A DNA stretch of 64,000 nt from Candidatus Latescibacterota bacterium. Lineage in GTDB: Bacteria; Latescibacterota; UBA2968; GCA-2709665. Position numbers and translations under genes: made by a program. Below, one piece after another: positions 10,323-20,482 of the stretch. Below the pieces are notes generated by a model. It made no database searches. It saw nothing but the letters and a program-made list of their open reading frames with translations, and had not been told where the DNA came from. The stretch spans positions 1-64,000 of the forward strand of contig CAXXJS010000010.1 in assembly GCA_963662665.2 (NCBI GenBank), read 5' to 3'. The stretch's first letter is position 1. Every line of letters starts with the position of its first letter.

Positions 10323-11576
10323 TCAATGATTGTAGATCACGTTCAGCTCGACAAAGCTGTCTCTCCGGCTGGCGTGGGACAGGTCGCCGGCGTCAACGTC
10401 GAGAAGGGCAATCGCCTCCAGGTGCAGGGAGAACCTGCCGGAGATTCGCCGGTTCAATTCGAACGTCAACACGCGTGTGGCCGTGTCGAAATCGTTCATC
10501 ATGCTGCCGAGAACTTCGGTGCTCCGGATATCATTGAACGCGAGGCGGGCGGCGATGAAGAGGTCGTTCTGGAAGACATTCGTCGCGCTCCGGCCGCGGC
10601 CGTCATAGTTCCATTCCCCGATCAGGCTCAGATCGGCCGCGGAGCCGATCACGGAATAAATCGTATACTCGCCGCCCAGTGTGGCGGCAACGTAGTCCTC
10701 CTCCACGCCGTGGCGGTCCCGCGCGCCGGCCCTGCCGAGCGCTTCGAGCTTGTAGAGCCACGGACCCGCCGTAACCTGGGCGTCCAGCCCGAACTGCCGG
10801 ATCCGTTCATAGTTCGGTACCAGAACCGGTCCGCCGCCCGGGTCGACGCCTGGTATCAGCAGAGGATCCCGACTGTTGCCGTCGAATACGCTGATCCCCA
10901 CATCCATATTTCCGGAACTTCGGCTGTAGCGGGCGGCGAATTCCGGTTGCCACCGTCCGGCGTCACTCTCATACGAAACCCGTTTATTGTCTACGATGTA
11001 AGGGAAACGCAGGCGGCCCGAGCGCCCCGGAAAGGTGCGGGCGCGATGGAAGGTCAATCCGAACAGTTCCACCGCCCCCCAGTCGCCTGACAACGTGAGA
11101 TGGGCCATGGGCTGGCCTAGCGTGGGCTCTTTGTACGGGTGTTCCACAAGGTCGATCTGGTTGACGATATTCACCAGGTGGCGCGATTCGGTCACACCCC
11201 AGAATACCCGGTCGACGCCCAGACGCACTTCCCATTCCTGACTGCGCACCTCGCCGAAGAGCAGGAGATAGGCCTCCCGCAAATCGGCATGGGTGCGCCG
11301 TTCGTCCCCGGCGTCGAAGCGGAAGAACGGTGCGAGGGTGAAGCTTCTGCCCCGGGCGTCTTCGAGGTAGAGCCCGGGTTCGATCACCACACCAGTGCCA
11401 TGCGAACCCTGGCCGGTATAGACGCCGGTATCGGGATACCAGCGGCTCTCGACGCTTATGCGCCCGGACAACTCCAGCGTTTCGATCTGGGCAACGGCAT
11501 CGCCGGATAATACCGCCACAAGCATACAGACGGCGATGAGCCGCGCGCATTGAAAAACAATACGGTTCCGCATCAA
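10323..11576 (-). CDS. Putative outer membrane beta-barrel protein of MMPL/LolA-like loci
   Basis: Signal peptide, amphipathic strands, RTHADLREAY and VFWGVTESRHLV motifs, ends VIYNH; start overlaps upstream stop. Confidence 0.7.
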   Translation of the reverse strand: MMRNRIVFQCARLIAVCMLVAVLSGDAVAQIETLELSGRISVESRWYPDTGVYTGQGSHGTGVVIEPGLYLEDARGRSFTLAPFFRFDAGDERRTHADLREAYLLLFGEVRSQEWEVRLGVDRVFWGVTESRHLVNIVNQIDLVEHPYKEPTLGQPMAHLTLSGDWGAVELFGLTFHRARTFPGRSGRLRFPYIVDNKRVSYESDAGRWQPEFAARYSRSSGNMDVGISVFDGNSRDPLLIPGVDPGGGPVLVPNYERIRQFGLDAQVTAGPWLYKLEALGRAGARDRHGVEEDYVAATLGGEYTIYSVIGSAADLSLIGEWNYDGRGRSATNVFQNDLFIAARLAFNDIRSTEVLGSMMNDFDTATRVLTFELNRRISGRFSLHLEAIALLDVDAGDLSHASRRDSFVELNVIYNH

Positions 11577-12388
11577 CGCGTCCGTTTCAGTCCGGTGCGT
11601 GAAAAGTCCCGGTCGGCGAGGTCAGTCCGGAACTTGTAGTCCGTCCAGGACAGCACCGTGCTTTTTCCGGTGAGATGATTGACCATGGTCATCACCCCCG
11701 CGCGCCAGTAACGACCCGCGTACAGCCCGTAGTTCTCCAGCGTGAGGGTCTTCAGATGCGCGTCCTTGCGGTCGTAGTACTCCACTTTCCGGACGCGAAG
11801 CTCGTCCCTGTCGCGCCACACAACCTGGCGGCTGTAACCTGATTTCCTGTCCGTGGGGAAGCGTTCCGTTACCGTGCACGTCTGATCACCGCAGGCCTCG
11901 TCACGCAGGTAGCGGTAGGTGAATTTTTCCACGGCCTGAGCGGTCATGTCTTCATAGGCGAACTCACTGCCCATGAAGGAACCGGACCGGTTCGAAGAAC
12001 TGATCCGCTTGACGCGTTTCAAAGCGGGCAGATAGAGCCATTGATCGTCCGCTCGGTCCCCGTGCGCGTGAACGAGAAGCGCCGTTCCCCGGACGTCGCG
12101 CGGCTCGTCAAATACAAACAGGCTCTTGTCGCCGGCGCCAGGTACCTCCAAAACCTTTACTCGGAGCTGGCGCTGGCTCTCCTGCCCGTGTTTGTTGCGA
12201 AGCACCATGACCTGCTGCGCCGTAAAGTTGCCAAAGCCTTCCTCCCGGGCGCGGGCTTCCCGGGCGATACTCAGGCCGGTTGCATCCGACGTCACGTTCT
12301 GCGAGTGAACGGGCGCCGGCGCGCCGATTGCCGCCGCGACAATCAGCCATGGCGTCGAAAACGCAAGCACTTTGCGTGGATAACTCAT
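11573..12388 (-). CDS. Outer membrane lipoprotein-sorting (LolA-like) periplasmic protein
   Basis: DDQWLYLPALKRVKRI and SGSFMGSEFAYED motifs; GGAGG RBS; start overlaps the MMPL stop. Confidence 0.88.
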   Translation of the reverse strand: MSYPRKVLAFSTPWLIVAAAIGAPAPVHSQNVTSDATGLSIAREARAREEGFGNFTAQQVMVLRNKHGQESQRQLRVKVLEVPGAGDKSLFVFDEPRDVRGTALLVHAHGDRADDQWLYLPALKRVKRISSSNRSGSFMGSEFAYEDMTAQAVEKFTYRYLRDEACGDQTCTVTERFPTDRKSGYSRQVVWRDRDELRVRKVEYYDRKDAHLKTLTLENYGLYAGRYWRAGVMTMVNHLTGKSTVLSWTDYKFRTDLADRDFSRTGLKRTR

Positions 12389-14688
12389 AATTTCCTCCGG
12401 TCGATGGTAATCAGCAGCGTCGGAAGAAGCAGAAAATCGGCGACCAGCGCGAAGATGATCGTGATCGTCACCAGAAGGCCCAGTGCCCAACTCACCTCGA
12501 ATCCCGACGTGGCGAATACCAGAAAGCCTGCCGACAACACCGCCGTCGTCGTCCAAAGGGCATAGCCTACGGTCCGAAAGGTGTATCGCACGGCGTCGGG
12601 CGCAGCAAGGCCCTCGCGTCGGGCTTTCAGATATTTGCTCAGAAAGTGGATCGTATCGTCCACGACAATTCCGAAAACGACGGCGATGACCACCGAGGAG
12701 GCGATGCCCACGTTGCCCACGAGATAACCCCACAGGCCGAAGCTCATGATTGCGGGGATGAAGTTCGGCAGAAGACTGAGGAGCCCGATGCGTACGCTCC
12801 TGAAGATCCAGATCAGGATAAACGAGATGAGCGCCATGGCCATGATCGTACCGCGCAGCATGCTGTTGATATTCCGCAGCGAAAGGTGTGCAAAGACGAT
12901 ACTCAAGCCCGATGCCTCCTGTGCGAACGCGGGCGCGTTGGCGCGAAGCCAGACCTGTGCGCGCTCATCGAGTTCGCGGAGATCGCGAGACCAGGCGTTT
13001 CTGGTGGTGACGACCATGCGTGTCGCGGATTTGGCGACGTCGATGCGGTCGTTGAGATCGCTTCCAAAGGGCAACGACAGCTCGTAAAGCAGCAGGTACT
13101 GCGCCGCGACCTCCGGGTTTTCAGGCAGACGATGAAAAGCCGGATCGTCGCCATGCATATTCTTGTTCAGACGTTTCATAATGTCCGAAAATACCTGGAC
13201 ATGGGTCACCTCGGGTTGCTGCCTGTACCACCCGGCGAAAGCGTCGACACGACGCAGATAGTCGGGATCGGTGATGCCGCCTTCTCGCCCCGCATCCAGC
13301 GAATATTCCAGCTTGTCAAGCCCGGTGAGATTGTCGATGATATAATCCGTATCGCGCCGGAACTCGTAACGTTCATCGAAATACCGCGCCATGTTGTCGC
13401 TTAGCTGGATACGGGGAATGCCCATGATCAACCATGCGACCACCAGTATAAGGGCCACCAGAAGGAGTTTGCGACGCGCGATGACGAAGTCGGCAAATCG
13501 GTCGAGGAAGTGTGCATCTCGAGAACGTCGGGCAGACACGCGCAACGGCAGAATAGACAGCAGAGCCGGCAGAAGCGTGACGGAATACAGGAGTGCGCAA
13601 AACACACCAACCGCAACGTAATTGCCCAGGGTATGAAAGGGCGGTGAATCCGAGGCATTCAGACTCAGGAATCCGATCGCGGTTGTAACGGACGTGATGA
13701 ACACCGGATGGATATTGACGCGCAGTGATTCGACAATCGCCGCGTTTCTATCGAGGCCGCTCCTCATTCCCAGCAGAACACTCGTGACAATGTGAATTGA
13801 ATCCGCCATGGCGATCACCATGACGATAATCGGTATACCGGCGTTGGTTGGGCTGAACACGACATGTCTCCAGCCGGCGAACCCCATGGTTGTATTAATG
13901 ACAAAAACAAGCACGGCGACGATGGCCACCGTTCCGAGGACCGAGCGCAGAAGAACAATTGTGGCGCCTACGATGATCACGAACACGATAGGCGTCAGGG
14001 TCTGCATGTCGTCCTGTGTGGCGTCGGAGAAAGCCCGGTTCATGACAACGTCGCCGGTCATGTAATAGGCGACGTCCGGATGGCTTGCCCGGGCTTCGTT
14101 CAGGAGCGAACGGAGATAATCGGTTATTTCAACGACGGCCTGGTCCGGATTCGCCGGCAGGATAAAATTCACGGCCACCCCCGCCAGTCGCCCGTCACTG
14201 GAAACCAGACGCCCGGCAATCCCGACGGCTCCCAGCGCGATCTTCTCGATTCGCGCCAAATCGGAATCGCTCAGTGAAGATGCGTCATCAACGAGCGGAG
14301 CGACAACGAGATCGTCATCGTGTGCTTCGCTATGGGTATAGTTGGTCAGGGAATTGACCCGGCTGGAATAGGGCGTGCGCCATGCGGCATCGGTCAAATC
14401 CTCAACCGCGGCAAGCGCGTCGCGGGTGAACACCGAGCCATCTGCGGGCGCAATGGCAATCAGCGCCGCATTGGAGGCGGAGTACGTGTTCTCGAGGGCA
14501 TCGAAAGCGAGGAGTTGCGGGTTGTCTTCGTTGAACAGAATGCGGTAATCGTTTGTAACCGTAATAAAGCGAATGCCAGCCGTCATGGCCAGCATGAACA
14601 GCGTTGCGAGCGCAACGATCAGCCATCGACGGCGCAGAATATTAGCGACGCAACGATCCAGCAGCCCATGAGTCATCGCCGCTCCCAT
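12385..14688 (-). CDS. MMPL/RND family transporter
   Basis: Two repeats with MADSIH and GIVVDDTIHFL motifs, TSVTTAIGFLSL, two large extramembrane loops. Confidence 0.9.
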   Translation of the reverse strand: MGAAMTHGLLDRCVANILRRRWLIVALATLFMLAMTAGIRFITVTNDYRILFNEDNPQLLAFDALENTYSASNAALIAIAPADGSVFTRDALAAVEDLTDAAWRTPYSSRVNSLTNYTHSEAHDDDLVVAPLVDDASSLSDSDLARIEKIALGAVGIAGRLVSSDGRLAGVAVNFILPANPDQAVVEITDYLRSLLNEARASHPDVAYYMTGDVVMNRAFSDATQDDMQTLTPIVFVIIVGATIVLLRSVLGTVAIVAVLVFVINTTMGFAGWRHVVFSPTNAGIPIIVMVIAMADSIHIVTSVLLGMRSGLDRNAAIVESLRVNIHPVFITSVTTAIGFLSLNASDSPPFHTLGNYVAVGVFCALLYSVTLLPALLSILPLRVSARRSRDAHFLDRFADFVIARRKLLLVALILVVAWLIMGIPRIQLSDNMARYFDERYEFRRDTDYIIDNLTGLDKLEYSLDAGREGGITDPDYLRRVDAFAGWYRQQPEVTHVQVFSDIMKRLNKNMHGDDPAFHRLPENPEVAAQYLLLYELSLPFGSDLNDRIDVAKSATRMVVTTRNAWSRDLRELDERAQVWLRANAPAFAQEASGLSIVFAHLSLRNINSMLRGTIMAMALISFILIWIFRSVRIGLLSLLPNFIPAIMSFGLWGYLVGNVGIASSVVIAVVFGIVVDDTIHFLSKYLKARREGLAAPDAVRYTFRTVGYALWTTTAVLSAGFLVFATSGFEVSWALGLLVTITIIFALVADFLLLPTLLITIDRRKL

Positions 14689-14836
14689 CCCGATCCGGGA
14701 ACGGCGATAACCTCACCGTTTTGAACGTACGACGCTGTCGACACGGATAACCCTGGATCACTTCGTTCCATCTATCCGATGAATCCCCGGCTTTCTGTTA
14801 GTAAACGGAGGCGCTTACACCACGCCGCAGGCATCT

Positions 14837-15991
14837 TCACCATTTGATTGATTTTTGTGTGTGGACATGGCTGGGCATCTTGTAACTCAGTCCTTCATCG
14901 TCGTATACCGAAATCTGGAGAAGTTGTGAGAAGTTATCCGATCTGATAACCTGTGTGTTGGTGAGCATTCGATGCACGCGTTGCTTCATCCGGTACATCC
15001 ACAGTGCGCCGAATGTGGAGGTCTTTGGAAACTCGAACTGGTCGGCAAGTCGGTTTCCTATGAGCGCTCGTGAAAGGCGGTAGGCCAGATCCGTCAGTTT
15101 TTTGTGTTCAACCGGATCGTTTATATCCGCAACTGACGGAATTGCATTTATCAACATATTCGCCACGCCTATCGAATCGGCGTCCGGCGGCGGCTCGCAC
15201 ATATAGCCGATCCTGTAGATCTCTTCCGCCTCTTTGCTGGTCTTATAAAGGATGGTCTCGGGAATCCCCATGAGATAGCCGGCATAGCGCCACACCTTGA
15301 TAACGCTCTCTTGTTCTTCCTTGCCGAGGGCCGCGCCCACCAGCAACGAGTATTCCACCAGGCGCTTGGAAAAGACGGAGATGGCAAAACCCAGGTGCGC
15401 CGCGCTTACCGGCGTGCCCCAGGCTTCGTGATTCCAATCGTCGGATTTCGCCAGCAGGTTCCTTATTCGAGTATGGACGAAGCGTATTCGCGTGGACAGC
15501 TTCCATCCGTCGCCGTGTCTCTGCAAGCCGCCGGGGAAAAAGATATCCATCATGTGGCGGTTATTCTGTTGGCGGCGCCTTTTGGTCGTCGCGACTCGCC
15601 CGGTAATATTGAAAGACTTGGCAATAAGCGTGGAGAATCCTTCCACCAGCACGCCGGTAACGAAGGCCACGAGCATGAGGTTTACGTTTGCGTGGAAGGC
15701 GCGTATCCCCGGCCGAAAGTCCTCGTAGTTGAGCCATGGAGGTTCTTCAAGACTTTCGAAGAAATCGCGCAGGGCCTGTGGCGCATGGCACAGGACCTCA
15801 TCGCGCCCCTCAATCCCGGCCCCGACAAACCGGTGCAGGTCGTGAGGAGGCATCGAGGAGAGTTCCTCCATAATCGGGTCCAGCGCGGGATCGCCTATGG
15901 TGGTATGCTTGACGTAGTTGTCGGCCATCTCCTGGTTGTAGCGGCGTGCCTTCGCATACCCCTCAACGTACGCAGACGGTGTATGATTCAT
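14837..15991 (-). CDS. Oxygenase MpaB/DUF2236 (Lcp-like heme oxygenase fold) family protein
   Basis: RIRFVHTRIR, WGTPVS and WRYAGYLMGIPE motifs; AAGGAG RBS. Confidence 0.85.
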   Translation of the reverse strand: MNHTPSAYVEGYAKARRYNQEMADNYVKHTTIGDPALDPIMEELSSMPPHDLHRFVGAGIEGRDEVLCHAPQALRDFFESLEEPPWLNYEDFRPGIRAFHANVNLMLVAFVTGVLVEGFSTLIAKSFNITGRVATTKRRRQQNNRHMMDIFFPGGLQRHGDGWKLSTRIRFVHTRIRNLLAKSDDWNHEAWGTPVSAAHLGFAISVFSKRLVEYSLLVGAALGKEEQESVIKVWRYAGYLMGIPETILYKTSKEAEEIYRIGYMCEPPPDADSIGVANMLINAIPSVADINDPVEHKKLTDLAYRLSRALIGNRLADQFEFPKTSTFGALWMYRMKQRVHRMLTNTQVIRSDNFSQLLQISVYDDEGLSYKMPSHVHTQKSIKW

Positions 15992-16213
15992 TCTTCAATC
16001 TCCTTGCATTTTGGCCGATGAGCCCCCGGAATGTTTTCAAGCGTATCGTCGTTCTGTAGATTGAATCTCAAATTCGACCTGGAACTTTTCATCAAAAACG
16101 GGGTACACCAATGCCGGGAGGGTACCGCCCGACGTTCCCCATCCGCCATTCCGCACCCCTCGGTACTCCTTCTGTCAGGCACACAATCACTTAATCTAAT
16201 ACTGAAGCGAATA

Positions 16214-16242
16214 AATATAGCGGCCGATAGCTACAAAGTCAA
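16214..16242 (-). promoter_or_regulatory. Sigma70-type promoter for the oxygenase/MMPL cluster
   Basis: Minus strand TTGACT-N17-TATATT. Confidence 0.6.
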
Positions 16243-16602
16243 CAGCATTCATACGATCAATTCGCCTGGTTTCGGCCATGAATATAACCATCGCCCGATG
16301 GCGTCACAAGCAGACAGGACCGTACTGATTTCCTTTGTCAATCGCAATTCCGGCACAGGAGAAACCGGGGCGAAGTGGAAACAGAATCTTCAGACACAGG
16401 GCGAAAGGAAAACCCTGTTTCTTAAGGATCGAGTACACATGAGGACATCGAAGGGGCGATTCCCGGGAAGCCGAAGGCCTTTCGTCGCGGCTGACTCCCA
16501 CAAGTTTCTGCTTCGGCAGGTCGGAAGACCATTCAACGGCAGTGCCGAATCGCACGAAACCGGTCAATCAGGGGTGATCCGAATTCTACAAATGCCATGT
16601 CT

Positions 16603-16618
16603 TAGGCTATTTCAAAAT
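16603..16618. repeat. 16-bp direct repeat TAGGCTATTTCAAAAT, copy 1
   Basis: Exact second copy at 19046-19061. Confidence 0.7.
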
Positions 16619-16624
16619 TAAATC

Positions 16625-16653
16625 TTGACATAGCTGGATACGCTCGTTATTTT
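16625..16653 (+). promoter_or_regulatory. Sigma70-type promoter directly before the AAA ATPase start
   Basis: TTGACA-N17-TATTTT, ATG 5 nt later. Confidence 0.65.
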
Positions 16654-16658
16654 CCGGT

Positions 16659-17867
16659 ATGATCACACGCGATCTGACGTCGAGACTCGAGAAGTCCGCA
16701 CGCACGTTCCCATCCATTACACTTACCGGCCCACGGCAGAGTGGAAAAACGACGCTTTGCCGGGCCATATTTCCCGAACATCGATACACAACCCTTGAGT
16801 CTCCTGACGTTCGTGCATTCGCTACGGAAGATCCACGGGGCTTTCTGGCTCAGTTTCCGGACGGCGCCATCATCGACGAGGTGCAACGTGCACCCGCACT
16901 GCTTTCCTACCTGCAGGGTATAATCGACGATAACCCGGTCCCTGGACGCTGGATCCTGACGGGCTCGCAGAACCTCGCCCTGCTGGCGTCGGTAAGCCAG
17001 TCGTTGGCCGGAAGGACCGCGGTGTACTATCTATTGCCGCTCACACGGGTGGAAGTCGAGCGATTCCCCCGGTTCCCCGGGAATCTGGACGAAACCCTCT
17101 TTGCAGGTTCATATCCACGCATATTCGACGAAGGTCCGGATCCATCCGACTGGATCCGTTCGTACGTCGCTACATATATCGAGCGAGACGTGCGGACAAT
17201 CACCAACGTGGGAGATCTGGGTACATTCCAACGATTTCTCGAATTGTGCGCCGCCCGGACAGCGCAGTTGCTGAACCTTTCCTCTGTCGCCGACGACTGC
17301 GGGATTTCCCAGCCGACCGCAAAGGCCTGGCTCAGCATTCTCGAAACCAGCTTTATCACCTTCCGGCTGCCGGCATTTCACGCCAATCTTCGCAAGCGCC
17401 TCGTCAAAATGCCCAAACTTCACTTCTACGACACGGGGCTCGTCTGCTGGCTGCTCGGTATCCGCACCCCTGAACAGTTAAGGAATCATCCTCTCCGTGG
17501 CCCGATATTCGAGACCTGGGTCGTCTCCGAAATTGCAAAACTCCGAAACAACCAGGGTGAAACGGCTGGTCTGTCATTTTACCGGGACCGGAACGGAGCC
17601 GAAGCCGACCTGATTATCGAGCATCCGTCCCGCATCGTGCTCGTGGAGTCCAAGTCCGCCGATACGGCGTCGTCGAGCCTGTTCGACAGCGCAGGCCGCG
17701 TCCAGAGGCACCTCACCGCGTTACCTTTGCCAAGTTCCGTCTTTGTCGCATACGGGGGCAGCCAGCACCAGCGCCGGGCACGGGGCAGCCTGATTCCATG
17801 GCGCAACCTCCACGAAGCGGCGTTCCAGGACGACCCGTCCGGCAGCGAGGTCGGCAAGAAAGAGTGA
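16659..17867 (+). CDS. AAA_14 ATPase with DUF4143 domain
   Basis: Walker A GPRQSGKT, Walker B IIDEVQ, LTGSQN, KRLVKMPKLHFYDTGL, C-terminal EAD..ESK nuclease-like motif. Confidence 0.92.
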   Translation: MITRDLTSRLEKSARTFPSITLTGPRQSGKTTLCRAIFPEHRYTTLESPDVRAFATEDPRGFLAQFPDGAIIDEVQRAPALLSYLQGIIDDNPVPGRWILTGSQNLALLASVSQSLAGRTAVYYLLPLTRVEVERFPRFPGNLDETLFAGSYPRIFDEGPDPSDWIRSYVATYIERDVRTITNVGDLGTFQRFLELCAARTAQLLNLSSVADDCGISQPTAKAWLSILETSFITFRLPAFHANLRKRLVKMPKLHFYDTGLVCWLLGIRTPEQLRNHPLRGPIFETWVVSEIAKLRNNQGETAGLSFYRDRNGAEADLIIEHPSRIVLVESKSADTASSSLFDSAGRVQRHLTALPLPSSVFVAYGGSQHQRRARGSLIPWRNLHEAAFQDDPSGSEVGKKE

Positions 17868-17950
17868 CCGGCGCCGGGGATTGGCCAAACGGCAAGATCA
17901 ACTGCCGAAACCACAATTGCCATACGGGAACGTCCATCAGCGACATTGTA

Positions 17951-19045
17951 ATGGACCGGATTGTACGTCAAGAACCAATTGTAGACATCGTTTCCCGACA
18001 CTACGTTTTCGGGTCGATGCGACGTTTGTCCCGTCTTACGGGCGGTGTACTCAACGAGGTGTATCTGGCGGAGACGCCGCGCGGCGATTTCGTGATACGG
18101 GTGAATCGCGTCAGGCGGTCCATAGACGAGATCGAGCGGCTTTCGGACTTCCTCTCACACCTCGACCGGAGCGGAATTCCTGTGGATGGGCTTGTTCGGA
18201 CGGCGGGCGGGCAGGTCGCCGTGGATAACGATGGACGACTTCTGTCTGTGCACCGATATTTCCCGGGAACGGTCTACCCGACTCCGGCGGACCTGACAGA
18301 CAGCCAGACAGCGAACATGATGGGGTTCCTCGCGAGCTACCATTCCGCGGCCTCGCGATACCGCAGCCACGAGAGCCTTGCGGCCCGGGATGAACCGCTG
18401 GCGGTCATCTACACCGACGATCCGGACCGCCTGCGAGAACGTCTCGAAAGTCTCCCGAAAACCAGTCGGGCCGCAGAATCCGCCGTCAACGGCGCAATCC
18501 ACCGGCTGGCCGGGTTCTTTGACTCCAGACAGTACAAAGAACTCGAACGGACCTGGATCCACGGCGACTACAGGTCCTGCAACGTCGCATTCAATGGAGA
18601 CCGCGTGTGCGGGCTGTTCGACTGGGATCTGCTATGCAGCGGTCCCCGGCTTTGGGACGTTGTGGTTGCATCCGGCGACATGGCAAGGACTGCCGGAGGT
18701 TCCCTGTCCCGACAACCGGAAGCGTGGCGTCGAGAATTCGTTGGTCATCTCGCAGCCTACCGGAAGGAAGCATGCCGCCATGGGGCGGATATCACGGAGC
18801 CCGAGGCCAGGTCCATTCCGGACCTGCTGGTCGCCGACACAGTTCTCAGCGGCGTATTTTTCGCACTTTATTTGAGACAACTGCCTCTGAAGCCAGGCGA
18901 GACCGGAGACGAGCGCAGTCGACGGTCGGAAAAACTCCTGTCGGAGTCCATTGACGACCTCATTGCGATCGACAAACTGACTGCCAACCGGACGCACAGG
19001 TTCACTTTTGCCAATTTGGATCCGGCTGAACATACGGACGCATAA
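17951..19045 (+). CDS. APH/type II homoserine kinase-like phosphotransferase
   Basis: LTGGVLNEVY, Brenner motif IHGDYRSCNV, GLFDWD. Confidence 0.82.
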   Translation: MDRIVRQEPIVDIVSRHYVFGSMRRLSRLTGGVLNEVYLAETPRGDFVIRVNRVRRSIDEIERLSDFLSHLDRSGIPVDGLVRTAGGQVAVDNDGRLLSVHRYFPGTVYPTPADLTDSQTANMMGFLASYHSAASRYRSHESLAARDEPLAVIYTDDPDRLRERLESLPKTSRAAESAVNGAIHRLAGFFDSRQYKELERTWIHGDYRSCNVAFNGDRVCGLFDWDLLCSGPRLWDVVVASGDMARTAGGSLSRQPEAWRREFVGHLAAYRKEACRHGADITEPEARSIPDLLVADTVLSGVFFALYLRQLPLKPGETGDERSRRSEKLLSESIDDLIAIDKLTANRTHRFTFANLDPAEHTDA

Positions 19046-19082
19046 TAGGCTATTTCAAAATATATTATTAAATTAGCCTATT
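19044..19082. repeat. Direct repeat copy 2 (19046-19061) within an AT-rich inverted repeat
   Basis: AATAGGCTA (19044-19052) pairs with TAGCCTATT (19074-19082). Confidence 0.6.
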
Positions 19083-19142
19083 TTAGAGTCGCCAACGGTC
19101 CGGGATGGCCCGTTGCGCAAAGGGAAAGCAGGAAAGGCGGAT

Positions 19143-20411
19143 ATGGACCTGCACCGCGTGGTCGAGGATCTGGGAATCGAGCAAGGCAGGGACGCCCTTG
19201 AATCAGGGTGGGAGGACTCCCGGCGCGCGATGCCGGACGGGGAGATCCGATTTCTTACATCTGACTTCGTGAGCGAGGCCTGCCGGGGCATTTGTCTTCC
19301 GGAAGATATCGTCCAGGCTGCCGTACACGCGGCTGCCCGGGTATCCAGGAACTCCGCGATGCGCGCGTTGGCCTGGCACTGCCACTGGTGCCTCTATCGG
19401 GTCATGGGTTATTCCAGCCGATACGCGGACAATTGGCCCTGTATGAGTGGCCCGCTCGGGGAATCGGCAGGTCTTTTCTACCTGCTGGTGCTGCTTTCAT
19501 GGTTTCCTCATATGCGATCGGTACACCGGGCGCATGGAATTCCGGAAAAGGTCGTGCACGATAGCATGGATCAGATTTACCTGAGGGGCGAAACCTGCAG
19601 CGAGATCTTCGGTGGATGGGGGCTGGACGGACACGCGGCCCGCTGGCTGGCCAATTTCCTCCGTGGTGAAATCTACGCCCTGGGCCGGCTCGAACATCAA
19701 TTCAACGTGATGAACGACCCGTTTCGCGTCTATCGGCACAGGGCGTCGTCAGCCGTCATCGCGCTGAGCGAAGACGGCGTTTCCTATCGCCGCGACGGTC
19801 AGCGGCACAAAGGCGGAGACACGCGCCCGGCGTGGACCTCCCGGCTCCAGGTCGCAGGCGGCAGGATTGCCGGCCACCCCATCCTCCCCACCGGCCGCGC
19901 CGTTGAAATGACGGTAACGCTTGCCGAAGCAGACTGGGTCCCTGTCCTCGGCCCTGGGGACCCCGTGCTTTATTTTCATATTCCGGGCGGAATTCCGCTG
20001 GACCATGCCGATTGCGGGGATTCCTTCAGGGCCGCAATGGACTTCTTCCCCCGCCATTTTCCCGAACGTCCGTACAAGGCGTTCTTCTGTGGTTCCTGGT
20101 TGCTGGATACGCAACTGGAGGACTGGCTGCCATCCGGTTCCAATCTGGTGCGTTTTCTGCGTGAATTCTACCTCGTGCCCGGCGGCATCTCGGAGCGGTC
20201 GATACTGCAGACGGTTTTCGGGAATGCGGCGGATGACCTGAGCAGGGCGACCGGCGTTACATCGCTTCAGCGTGCAATACAGGAACATGTGTCCGCGGGC
20301 AGGCCGATAGATCCCCGCGCCGGCAAATGCTTTCTGTTCCCCGAAGATCTGGATTGGGGAGGGCAGGTATACCGAACATCGAAGTTCTCCTGGCCCCTGG
20401 CGGGCTATTGA
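19143..20411 (+). CDS. GNAT-like N-acyltransferase (NAT_N/GNAT_C type, related to glycopeptide acyltransferases Orf11*/Dbv8)
   Basis: LGRLEH, HIPGGIPL, AMDFF, CGSWLLD..L and SNLVRF motifs. Confidence 0.75.
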   Translation: MDLHRVVEDLGIEQGRDALESGWEDSRRAMPDGEIRFLTSDFVSEACRGICLPEDIVQAAVHAAARVSRNSAMRALAWHCHWCLYRVMGYSSRYADNWPCMSGPLGESAGLFYLLVLLSWFPHMRSVHRAHGIPEKVVHDSMDQIYLRGETCSEIFGGWGLDGHAARWLANFLRGEIYALGRLEHQFNVMNDPFRVYRHRASSAVIALSEDGVSYRRDGQRHKGGDTRPAWTSRLQVAGGRIAGHPILPTGRAVEMTVTLAEADWVPVLGPGDPVLYFHIPGGIPLDHADCGDSFRAAMDFFPRHFPERPYKAFFCGSWLLDTQLEDWLPSGSNLVRFLREFYLVPGGISERSILQTVFGNAADDLSRATGVTSLQRAIQEHVSAGRPIDPRAGKCFLFPEDLDWGGQVYRTSKFSWPLAGY

Positions 20412-20482
20412 TGTGAAACACGCGCCGGTACCAAGCCGCGGCGACAATGGATACCCGCACAAGGAAATACAAGGAGGTCGAC

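Noticed and set aside
16250-16600. Long non-coding stretch with an ACAGGG..CCCTGT hairpin, considered as a c-di-GMP riboswitch
   Set aside because: The conserved GCAAA and GACGCAAAG elements are absent
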